Assembly (NCBI RefSeq): GCF_020745735.1
Contig: NW_026867487.1
Span: 2,232,001 to 2,296,000 of the forward strand
Source of the DNA: Hemiscyllium ocellatum
Taxonomy: Eukaryota
Direction: 5' to 3'
DNA length: 64,000 bases
Shown: piece by piece, positions 37,458 to 47,990 of the stretch
Position numbering within the stretch: position 1 is the stretch's first letter
Layout of the letters: each line of letters begins with the position of its first letter
Notes under the pieces: model-generated
Told to the model about the DNA's origin: nothing
Seen by the model: the letters and a program-made list of their open reading frames with translations, nothing else
Databases searched by the model: none
Made by a program: the position numbers and the translations under genes

Positions 37458-39236
37458 GTCATAGAGCTGTACAGCACAGAAACAGACCCTTCGGCCCATC
37501 TCATCCATACCGACCCAGATATCCCTAACCCTAACCCAGTCCCATTCCCCAGCCCCCGGCCCATCTCCCTCTAACCCCTTCCTATCCCTGTCCCCACCCT
37601 GATGCCTTTGCAATGCTGTCATTGTCCCAGCCCTCCCCCACATCCTCTGGCAGCTCATTCCACACACGCACCACCCTCTGGGGGGAAAAGTTACCCCTCA
37701 GCTCCCTTTCCCCTCTCCCCTTAAACCGACGCCCCTCTAGTTCTGGGCTCCCCCACCCCAGGGGGGAAAGACCTGGTCTATTTACCCTCTCCATGTCCCC
37801 TCGTGATTTTATAAACCTCTATAAGGTCACCCCTCAGCCCCCGACGCTCCAGGGAAAACAGCCCCAGCCTGTTCAGCCTCTCCCTGTAGCTCAGACCCTC
37901 CAACCCTGGCAACATCCTTGTAAATCTTTTCTGAACCCTTTCAAGTTTCACAACATCTTTCCGATAGGAAGGAGACCAGAATTGCACGCAATATTCCAAC
38001 AGTGGCCTAACCAATGTCCTGTACAGCCGCAACATGACCTCCCAACTCCTGTACTCAATACTCTGACCAATAAAGGAAAGCATACCAAACGCTGCCTTCA
38101 CTATCCTATCTACCTGCGACTCCACTTTCAAGGAGCTATGAACCTGCACTCCAAGGTCACTTTGTTCAGCAACACTCCCTAGGACCTTACCATTAAGTGT
38201 ATAAGTCCTGCTGAGATTTGCTTTCCTGAAATGCAGCACCTCGCATTTATCTGAATTAAACTCCATCTGCCCCTTCTCAGCCCATTGGCCCATCTGGTCC
38301 AGATCCTGTTGTAATCTGAGGTAACTCTCTTCGCTGTCCCACTCCCCCTCCAATTCTGGTGAGTAGGGAGAGACTAGGGCCCCTTAAAGACCAACAGGGG
38401 CACCTATGATGGCAAGACACTGTTATGAGAGTTTACCCCGTGTCATAACAACACGAAACGAGTATTTTGCATCAGTGTTTCCTGTGGAGAAGGATATGGA
38501 AGGTATAGACTGTGGGGAAATGGATGGTGACATCTTGCAAAACGTCTGTATCACAGAGGAGGAAGTGCTGGATGTCTTAAAACACAAAGGTGGATAAATC
38601 CCCAGGACCTGATCAGGTGTACCCGAGAACTCTGTGGGAAGGTAGGGAAGTGATTGCTGGGCCTCTTGCTGAGATATTTGTACCAATAGTCACAGGTGAG
38701 GTGCCGGAAGACTGGAGGTTGGCAAACGTGGTGCCAGTGTTTAAGAAGGGCGGTAAGGACAAGCCAGGGAACTATAGACCAGTGAGCCTGACCTCGGTGG
38801 TGGAGGGAATCCTGAGGGACAGGATGTACATGTATTTGGAAAGGCAAGGACTGATTAGGAATCGTCAACCTGGCTTTGTGGGTGGGAAATCATGTCTCAC
38901 AAACTTGATTGAGTTTTTTGAGGAAGTAACAAAGAAGATTGATGAGGGCAGAGCAGTAGATGTGATCTATCTGGACTTCAGTAAGGCATTCAACAAGGTT
39001 CCCCATGGAAGACTGATTAGCAAGGTTAGATCTCATGGAATACAGGGAGAACTAGCCATTTGGATACAGAACTGGCTCAAAGGTAGAAGACAGAAGGTGG
39101 AGGGTTGTTTTTCAGACTGGAGGCCTGTGAGCAGTGGAGGGCCACAAGGATCGGTGCTGGGCCCTCTGGTTTTCATTTATACAAATGATGTGGATGTGAA
39201 CATAAGAGGTACAGTTAGTAAGTTTGCAGGTGACAC
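37458..39236 (-). mobile_element. CR1 LINE with an inverted 5' segment
   Basis: 37458-38360 is the RT 3' part on the minus strand; 38361-39236 is the immediately upstream RT part on the plus strand (ORF 38590-39315). Confidence 0.85.
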
Positions 39237-39830
39237 AGCAATCTTTCTTGGAGTCTTCATGTGGACGCACTGGTTACAAAAGCCCAACGACGTCTCTTCA
39301 TCCTCCGGCAGCTAAGGAAATTTGGCGTGACGGTGAATACCCTTGCCAACGTTTATAGGTGCGCCATCGACACCATTCTGTCTGGATGGATCACTACCTG
39401 GGTATGGCAACTGTACCATTCAAGATCGGAGATGGTTACAGAGAGTGGTGAACTCAGCCCGGACAGTCACAAAGGCCAACCTCCCATCTATAGAATCCAT
39501 CTACCAGGCCCCGCTGTCAGGGAAAGTCCAGCAGCATTCTCAAAGATCCATCCCACCCTGGCAATGTTTTTCTACAACCTCCACCATCGGGGAGAAGGTA
39601 CAGAAGCCTGAACACACGCACCAGCGGTTTCGAAACAGTTTCTACCCTACTGTTGTTAGAAGACTGAATGGGCTCACAAACTCTTAACATTCACCTGTAC
39701 TTTTGTTTTTGCTGCTGTTTACCTATTACTTCCTCATCTACGCTCCTTAACTCGAGCAACTGCCTGTATTGCTCGCAAGACAAAGCTTTTCACTGCGCCT
39801 CGGTACACAGTGAAAATAAATTCAATCCAA
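39237..39830 (+). mobile_element. Rex1/Babar-like LINE 3' fragment
   Basis: KAQRRLFILRQLRKFG...YRCAIDTILSG...RFRNSFYPTVVRRLN, followed by an AATAAA tail. Confidence 0.75.
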
Positions 39831-40084
39831 CTGACGCTAAATGTTCTTTTCCTGTTTTAATTCACACTTGTCGGATAAGTTCACGTTGGAAAACGAAAGG
39901 CTTGCCAGCTATTCAGCCAGCTTGGAAAGACAGTGGAACCGGACTCTGGAATGCACACTGAACTATACATACGTGCTTTTCAGCAGCAGTGCTAAGAACA
40001 TGATTACCAATTTGACTGGAGTTGGCGTTTGGGGGAAGGAGCGATGGCTTCCAAACTCTTATCCAATGGGTTTTCCTCCAAGCC

Positions 40085-40290
40085 AAGTCACCATCGTCTT
40101 TCCGGGCCATTGGGCTGCCGTCTCGTTCCAGGGACAAAACCCATGGTAATTTTACCTGAAGGCCACCACGCCTCCGGTGAGCAGAGAGGTGGAGAAGGAG
40201 AGTCCCCTCAGCCACTGAGGGAATCTCACTGTGGTATCACACAGCTTGGCAAACCAACCATCCGGCCAACTGAGCTAAACTGACTCCAGA
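40085..40290 (-). mobile_element. Second SINE family (tRNA-like head)
   Basis: Minus strand begins GGAGTCAGTTTAGCTCAGTTGG (A-box-like). Confidence 0.5.
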
Positions 40291-40319
40291 CCTGACGCAG
40301 CAGCCTCCAGGCGTGTGCT

Positions 40320-40860
40320 GGCAATGCCATTGAACGTCAAGGGGGGGTGGCGTTGGTTAGATTCTTTCTCAATCGTAACCCCCAGGATGGTGATAGTGGG
40401 GGGGGGGGGGGGGGATTCAGTGATGGTAACGCCATTGAATGTCAAGGGGGCGATGGTTAGATTCTCTCTCAACGGTAACCCCCAGGATGGTGATAGTGGG
40501 GGGAGGGGGGATTCAGTGATGGTAACGCCATTAAACGTCAAGGGAGCGATGGTTAGATTCTCTCTCAATGGGAACCCCAAGGATGGTGATAGTGGGGTGG
40601 GGGGGGATTCAGTGATGGTAACGCCATTGAATGTCAAGGGGGCGATGGTTAGATTCTCTCTCAACGGTAACCCCCAGGATGGTGATAGTGGGGGGGAGGG
40701 GGATTCAGTGATGGTAACGTCATTGAACGTCAAGGGGGCGATGATTAGATCCTCTCTCAATGGGAACCCCCAGGATGGTGATAGTGGGAGGGGGGGATTC
40801 AGTGATGGTAACGCCATTGAACCTCAAGGTGGTGATGGTTCGATTCTCTCTACTTGGAGA
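40320..40860. repeat. About 6 tandem copies of a ~91-bp LINE RT-derived unit
   Basis: Repeated peptide [19 protein letters not shown] in ORF 40275-40817. Confidence 0.88.
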
Positions 40861-41404
40861 TGGTCATTGTCTAGCATTTGTGGGACGTGAATATTACTTG
40901 CCCCGTATCAGCCCAAGCCTGGACACTGTCCATTTCTTGCTGCATTTACACCTTCATTGTCAGATATAGGGATATGAATGCAGTGAAAAGTTTATATGTT
41001 GCCTCTTACAGCCCTGACTTCAGCACAAAGGCATCAAGTTACAAGACCTTCAACAGTAGAGAAATAAAATGTTCCAGTATGCAGAAAATCCAGGCGGGTT
41101 TCCATTGAGAGAGAAATCTAACCATCGTCCCCTTGACGTTCAATGGCGTCACCATCACTGAATCCTCCTTCCCCCCACTATCACCATCCTGGGGGTTCCC
41201 GTTAACCAGAAACTGCCCAGGACCCAGCCCCATATAAACCCAGCGACGACAAGAGCAGGTCAGAGGCTGGGAATCCTGCAGTGAGTAACTCCCCTCCTGA
41301 GAGGTGGGAGAGCAGGTGGAGAAAGAGAGAGAAAGGGATGAAAAGAGAGAGATCAAGAAGGAAGATTCCATCCTCAGGCAATAATGATTTAACATCAGAT
41401 CCCC

Positions 41405-43690
41405 TACTGTGTGGAAACAAGTCCACATCGACCCTCCGCAGAGTAACCCACCCAGACCCATTTCCCTCTGACTAATGCACGGAACACTATGGGTAATTTA
41501 GCACGGCCAATCCACCCTAACCTACACATCCCTGGGCACTATGGGTAATTTAGCACGGCCAATTCACCCGAACCTGCACATCCCTGGGCACTATGGGTAA
41601 TTTAGCACGGCCAATCCACCCTAACCTGTACATCCCTGGGCACTATGGGTAATTTAGCACGGCCAATCCACCCTAACCTACACATCCCTGGGCACTATGA
41701 GTAATTTAGCACGGCCAATCCACCCTAACCTGTACATCCCTGGGCACTATGGGTAATTTAGCACGGCCAATTCACCCGAACCTGCACATCCCTGGGCACT
41801 ATGAGTAATTTAGCACGGCCAATCCACCCTAACCTGTACATCCCTGGGCACTATGGGTAATTTAGCACGGCCAATTCACCCTAACCTGCACATCCCTGGG
41901 CACTATGAATAATTTAGCATGGCCAATTCACCCTAACCTGCATATCCCTGGGTACTATGGGTAATTTAGCACGGCCAATCCACCCTAACCTGTACATCCC
42001 TGGGCACTATGGGTAATTTAGCACGGCCAATTCACCCTAACCTGCACATCCCTGGGCACTATGAATAATTTAGCATGGCCAATTCACCCTAAGCTGCATA
42101 TCCCTGGGCACTATGGGTAATTTAGCATGGCCAATCCACCCGAACCTGTACATCCCTGGGCACTATGGGTAATTTCCCATGGCCAATCCACCCTAACCTG
42201 CACATCCCTGGGCACTATGGGTAATTTAGCATGGCCAATCCACCCGAACCTGTACATCCCTGGGCACTATGGGTAATTTGGCATGGCCAATCCACCCTAA
42301 CCTGCACCTCCTTGGGCACTATCGGTAATTTAGCACGGCCAAACCACCACAACATACACATCCCTGGGCACTATGGGTAATTTAGCACGGCCAATCCACC
42401 CTAACCTGCACATCCCTGGGCGCTATTGGTAATTTAGTATGGCCAATCCACCCTAACCTGCACATCCCTGGGCACTATGGGTAATTTAATTCAGCCAATC
42501 CACCCTAACCTACACATCCCTGGGTACTATGGGTAATTTAGCATGGCCAATCCACCCTCACCTGTACATCCCTGGACACTATGGGTAATTTAGCATGGCC
42601 AATCCACCCTAACCTGCACATCCCTGGGCACTATGGGTAATTTAGCATGGCCAATCCACCCTAACCTGCACGTCCCTCATCCATATGGGTAATTTAGCAT
42701 GGCCAATCCACTCTTACCTGCACATCTCTGGGCATTATGGGTAATTTAGCACGGCCAATCCACCCTAACCTGCACATCCCTGGGCACTATGGGTAATTTA
42801 GCATGAGCAATCCACCCTAACCTGCACATCTCTGGGCACTATGGGTAATTTAGCATGGCCAATCCAACCTAACCTACACATCCCTGGGCACTATGGGTAA
42901 TTTAGCATGGCCAATCCAACCGAACCTGCATATCCATGGGCACTATGGGTAATTTAGCATGGCCAATCCACCCTAACCTGCACATCCCTGGGCACTATGG
43001 GTAATTTAGCAAGGCCAATCCAACCTAACCTACACATCCCTGGGCACTATGGGTAATTTAGCACGGCCAATCCACCCTAACCTGCACCCTCCCTGGGCAA
43101 TATGGGTAATTTAGCACGGCCAATTCACCCTAACCTGCACATCCCTGGACACTATGGGTAATTTAGCATGGCCAATCCACCCTAACGTACACATCCCTGG
43201 GCACTATGGGTAATTTAGCACGGCCAATCCACCCAAATCTACACATCCCTGGGCACTATGGTTAATTTAGCATGGACAATCCACCCTAACATGCACCTCC
43301 CTGGGCGCTATTGGTAATTTAGTATGGCCAACCCATCCTAACCTGCACATCCCTGAGCACTATGTGTAATTTAGAATGGCCAATCCACCCTAACCTACAC
43401 ATCCCTGGGCACTATTTGTAATTTAGCATGGCCAATCCACACTAACCTGCACATCCCTGGGCACTATGGGTAATTCAGCATGGCCAATCCAACCTAACCT
43501 GCACATCCCTGGGCACTATGGGTAATTTAGCGCACTCTATCCACCCCATACATGCACATCATTAGACTGTGGGAGGAAACCGGAGCACCTGGAGGAAACC
43601 CACGCAGACACATGTTGGGGGATTGTGTAAACTCCACACAGACAGTCGCCCCAAAGCTGTGATCGAACCCGGGTCCCTGCCACTGTGAGA
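41405..43690 (-). repeat. SINE with about 40 internal 52-bp units
   Basis: Array at about 41487-43560; SINE core and head at 43561-43690; tail at 41405-41486. Confidence 0.92.
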
Positions 43691-43936
43691 CATCGGTGCG
43701 ATCTGATTGTAAGAGAGCAGGCCAGGTATATGGTTAACCCCTCTGGCTCTCCACAGTCTCACAACGTTCCCCAAACTCTCTCCTCTCCATTCCTAGGGCT
43801 TTTCCCAATGTCCGTCCCTTCCCAGAGACTCACACCAGATTAGCTGCCATTCCATTAGATACTTGGAGTCACACAGCGTGGAAACAGACCCTCCGGCCCA
43901 CTCAGGCCTTGCTGTCCTTTCTCCCAAATTAAACTA

Positions 43937-44460
43937 TTTAAATGGGGAAAGACTGGGGAACGCTGTGGGAACAGAATATAATGTGGGGAAATGTGAGGGT
44001 CTGCAGGAAGGAGAGAGGAGCTGAATATTATTTAAACGGGGAAAGACTGGGGAACGCCGCGGGGACAGAATATAACGTGGGGAAATGTGAGGGTCAGCAG
44101 GAAGGAGAGAGGAGCTGAGTATTATTTAAACGGGGAAAGACTGGGGAACGCCGTGGGAACAGAATATAACGTGGGGAAATGTGAGGGTCTGCAGGAAGGA
44201 GAGAGGAGCTGAATATTATTTAAACGGGGAAAGACTGGGGAACGCTGCGGGAACAGAATATAACGTGGGGAAATGTGAGGGTCTGCAGGAAGGAGAGAGG
44301 AGCTGAATATTATTTAAACGGGGAAAGACTGGGGAACGCCGCGGGACAGAATATAACGTGGGGAAATGTGAGGGTCTGCAGGAAGGAGAGAGGAGCTGAA
44401 TATTATTTAAACGGGGAAAGACTGGGGAACGCCGCGGGACAGAATATAACGTGGGGAAAT
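43937..44460 (+). repeat. About 5.6 copies of a 93-94-bp unit derived from CR1 RT sequence
   Basis: Units start at 43937, 44031, 44125, 44219, 44313 and 44406; encodes remnants of EYNVGKCE and AEYYLNGERL. Confidence 0.85.
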
Positions 44461-44789
44461 TCAGCCCTCACACTCTGCATGAAATTCACAAGTAAATATA
44501 ATTCAAACAGCGATACGATAAATAATAACAAAAGGCAGCGAGAGACAGTCACCAAAGGGCTACCATGGGGACCGCGGGCCCTGAATTGCCTCTTGCTCTG
44601 CACTTTGTTGCTTTTTCAAAGCGGACAATTTTGCAAAGAAATGCTACAGAGTTTTGCATTTGCAGAAACTCAGCTCAGGCAGTAATGCCCAGGTCAGTGG
44701 AGGGACTGGGGGGTGCCAAAGGAGAGGACAGGGGTTGGTCCCCTGCAGATCCCCACTGAAGCAAGGGTGTTGCTGTATTGGCCCTCCTG

Positions 44790-45465
44790 TCAAGAGGGGG
44801 CGCTGACACAGGGCTGTGTCGGTCCTCCCGCCTCCAGAGGGCGCTGACACAGGGCTGTGACGGTCCTCCCGCCTCCAGAGGGCGCTGACACAGGGCTGTG
44901 TCGGTCCTCCCGCCTCCAGAGGGAGCTGACACAGGGCTGTGTTGGTTCTCCCCCCTCCAGAGGACGCTGACACAGGGCTGTTACGGTCCTCCCACCTCCA
45001 GAGGGCGCTGACACAGGGCTGTGACGGTCCTCCCACCTCCAGAGGACGCTGACACAGGGCTGTGTCGGTCCTCCCGCCTCCAGAGGACGCTGACACAGGG
45101 CTGTGTTGGTCCTCCCCCCTCCAGAGGACGCTGACACAGGGCTGTTACGGTCCTCCCACCTCCAGAGGGCGCTGACACAGGACTGTGTCGGTCCTCCCGC
45201 CTCCAGAGGGCGCTGACACAGGGCTGTGTTGGTCCTCCCACCTCCAGAGGGAGCTGACACAGGGCTGTGTTGGTCCTCCCGCCTCCAGAGGGAGCTGACA
45301 CAGGATTGTGTCGGTCCTCCCGCCTCAGGAGGGCGCCGACCCAGGACTGAGTTATCCCCCCGCTGCCAGAGGGCGCTGGCCAAGTGGCCGAGATGGTCTT
45401 CCCAACAACAGAAGGCGTTGTTACAGGGTTGAGTTGGTCCTCCCACCACCAGAGGGCGCTGAGTC
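44790..45465 (+). repeat. 41-bp minisatellite containing CTCF-like motifs
   Basis: About 13 copies of CCTCCAGAGGGCGCTGACACAGGGCTGTGTCGGTCCTCCCG, plus degenerate copies. Confidence 0.88.
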
Positions 45466-45512
45466 TTGGTGGTGTGTATGTGTGTTGTTTTGGTCCTCCC
45501 ACCATTGGAGGG

Positions 45513-46332
45513 TGTTATAAGTGATTTCTGTCTAGGCTTTCTGAATCTCTGGAGAATAGTTCCTGACACTTGGCTAACTATTCTAACTCTAGGGATCTGA
45601 TTCAGAACAACCGGGTCCTGCCTCCGAACTCTGCCAACCGCGGACTGTCCTTTAACCCTTGTATCAAGGGAGACTGTCCGCAAGGTTAAGTTCAAAAAGG
45701 CGAACTCCAAGTTGACTGGTATCAGCCCTTATCCCCACCGGCTCTCACTTCTCCCGTGGCAAATCGAAATACTGCGAGACACACACAAACGGAGCAACAG
45801 ATGTTTATTCAATCTTCGAAGATTGGGCGAGTTCCAAAAAGGACTTCGGAAATCGCAACGGGAGATTTTACAGCACTAATACTTATACATTATTTTTCCA
45901 TTCAAATACATTGGTGATAATTTCATTGGTTTAAACATCTCACGCTATGGATTTTTCTTACATTAAAAATCATTAATGACAATTCCATTGGTTAAAGCAT
46001 TTCACGCTTTTCTCTGCCAATTTCTTTAATTAAAATGTTATATTATTTTACAATTTCTGCTATTTGGCACATTCCCTTATCTTCATGTTCTACTAGTCAT
46101 AACATTTATTGATTTTTGTGTATGTCATGAAAAGAGCTTTCATTGTATTTTGCCCTCTGTGTCTAATCGAAGCATTCCTTGGTTTCTTGCCCAAGGTTAC
46201 CATGTTCCTGGCTTTACAGAGGTGACTTACAGTTCATGCTTCATTATGGCCTTAGTGAATTATTAGTCTTACAATTTCAACTTTTATTCATTAAATTTCT
46301 GTTTTAGTATAGAAATTACCCCACTTATACCA
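45513..46332 (-). mobile_element. Candidate solo LTR (820 bp)
   Basis: TG...CA ends with an imperfect inverted repeat (TGTTATAAGTG / CACTTATACCA). The minus strand has three CCAAT boxes, TATAAG at 45887-45882 and AATAAA at 45809-45804. No clean target-site duplication. Confidence 0.55.
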
Positions 46333-46774
46333 AGAGAGTGTGTGTGTGTGTGTGAGTGAATTGGGTGTGTGTGTGTGTGTGTAATATGTGTGTGGTGTGT
46401 GAATGTATATATGTGTGTGTGTGAAGGTAGTGTGGGTCTAGTGTGTATATGTGTGTGGGTCTTTGTATGTGTGTGTGGGTCTAGTGTGTATCTGTGTGTG
46501 TGTATGCGCGTGAATTGGGTGTGTGTGTGTGTATATGTGTGAATAAAGAAATATGTGTGTGAAACTGCAGAAATTACATTAACCATATCAGAGGGCACGG
46601 CTTAACACGCATCACCCAACAGTAGGGGGGCAGTGCCAACCTGGTCCTGCTAAGTGGCTCTCTGGTGGACCAGTTGGGGCTGAATGGCCTGTTTGTATAT
46701 TGCAGAGGTTCTATTGGAGTGATGCTAGCCTGGTCCTCCCAACAGTAGGGGGCAGTGCTCACTCAGACCTCCCA

Positions 46775-47225
46775 ATAACAGTAGGGGGCGGGGTTAACCG
46801 CGCCCTTCCAATGGAAGGCGGGGATAACGCAGTCCTCACAGTAGGGGGCGGGGATAACGCTGTCCTCACAATAGGGGGCGGGGTTAATTCAATCCGTCCA
46901 TCAATAAGGGCGCGAACGGAGGTCACCCAACAAAGCGGGCGGGGCAAACCGAGTCCTTCGTATCGAGTGCCAGTCATCACAATAGGGGGCGGAGAAAACC
47001 CAGTCATCACAATAGGGGGCGGAGAAAACCCAGTCATCACAATAGGGGGCGGGGACACCCGTCATCACAATAGGGGGCGGAGGACCCGTCATCATAATAG
47101 GGGCGGGGAAAATACTGTCATCACAATAGGGGGCGGGGGACCCGTCATCATAATAGGGGCGGGAAAACCCTGTCATCAGAATAGGGGGCGGGGAAAATCC
47201 AGTCATCCCAATAGGGGGCGGGGAT
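46775..47225. repeat. GC-box-containing tandem repeat of about 30 bp upstream of IPO4
   Basis: (CAGTCATCACAATAGGGGGCGG...)n. Confidence 0.8.
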
Positions 47226-47229
47226 AACC

Positions 47230-47990
47230 AAATAATCAGGGGCGTGACTAATCCATCCAGCCCCAGCGGCAGGGGGCGGGGTTACGCCGCGGACGAGGTC
47301 CACGCAACAATGGGAGTGGGCGGGGCCGGTGCGGGAGAGCCGCCGTTAACCTGGACCCGGGGCTGACGCGGTCCTCCCAGTCGCCAGGTGGCGCTCCGGG
47401 CCGCGGAGGTCCGGCCAAGGGCGGCGGCGGCGACTCTTGCTCGCGCGTTCGCCCCTAACCCCCTCCCCCCACCGTCGCAAAACGTTGCCGGCGTGTGTGG
47501 ACGAGGAGGGGAGCGAGGACCGGGGGGAGGGGAGGAGATTGTAACGGGAGAGAGAGTGAGAGTGTGTGTGGGCGGGCGGGAGGATGGCCGAGATCCTGGA
47601 GAAGATCCTGAACAACCTGCTGGAGCCGGACACGGCGCTGATCCAGCAGGTAACGCGGGGCGGGGGCGGGGGCGGGTAGGCCTCAGGGCCCTCCACCAAC
47701 CGCCAGCGGCCCGCGCGAGACGGGACACCCCCTTTTTCAAAACGGCGGCGCGTGGCCTCCCGCGGCAACCGCCCGTCACCGCGCTAGGGGCGGGGCCGCG
47801 GCGGGACGCCGGCCAATCAACGCTTTCAGGGCGGTGAGGGGGCGGGGCCGCGGCCGAACAGGCGGGCGCAGCGGCGCGCGGCGACCAATCGGAAGGGAGA
47901 CGGGGGTGCGGTGCCGCGAGGCGACGGCAGCCAATCGCAGGGATCGGGGCGGACCCATTGGGGGAGGGGCTGTCGTTGGGGGCGGGGCAG
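47230..47990 (+). promoter_or_regulatory. IPO4 CpG island / promoter
   Basis: Dense CpG around exon 1, many GGGGCGGGG boxes, and CCAAT motifs near 47813, 47885 and 47931. Confidence 0.7.
47584..47649 (+). CDS. IPO4: IPO4 exon 1
   Basis: Strong Kozak context aggATGG; ends CAG|gtaacg; lies in a CpG island. Confidence 0.9.

Noticed and set aside
41487-43560. CRISPR-like or telomeric array
   Set aside because: Units are contiguous with no unique spacers, and TTAGGG occurs once per 52 bp rather than in tandem.
36077-47583. RNase P RNA (RPPH1) or snoRNAs expected from human synteny near CCNB1IP1
   Set aside because: I could not find their conserved motifs by eye; an Infernal search would settle it.
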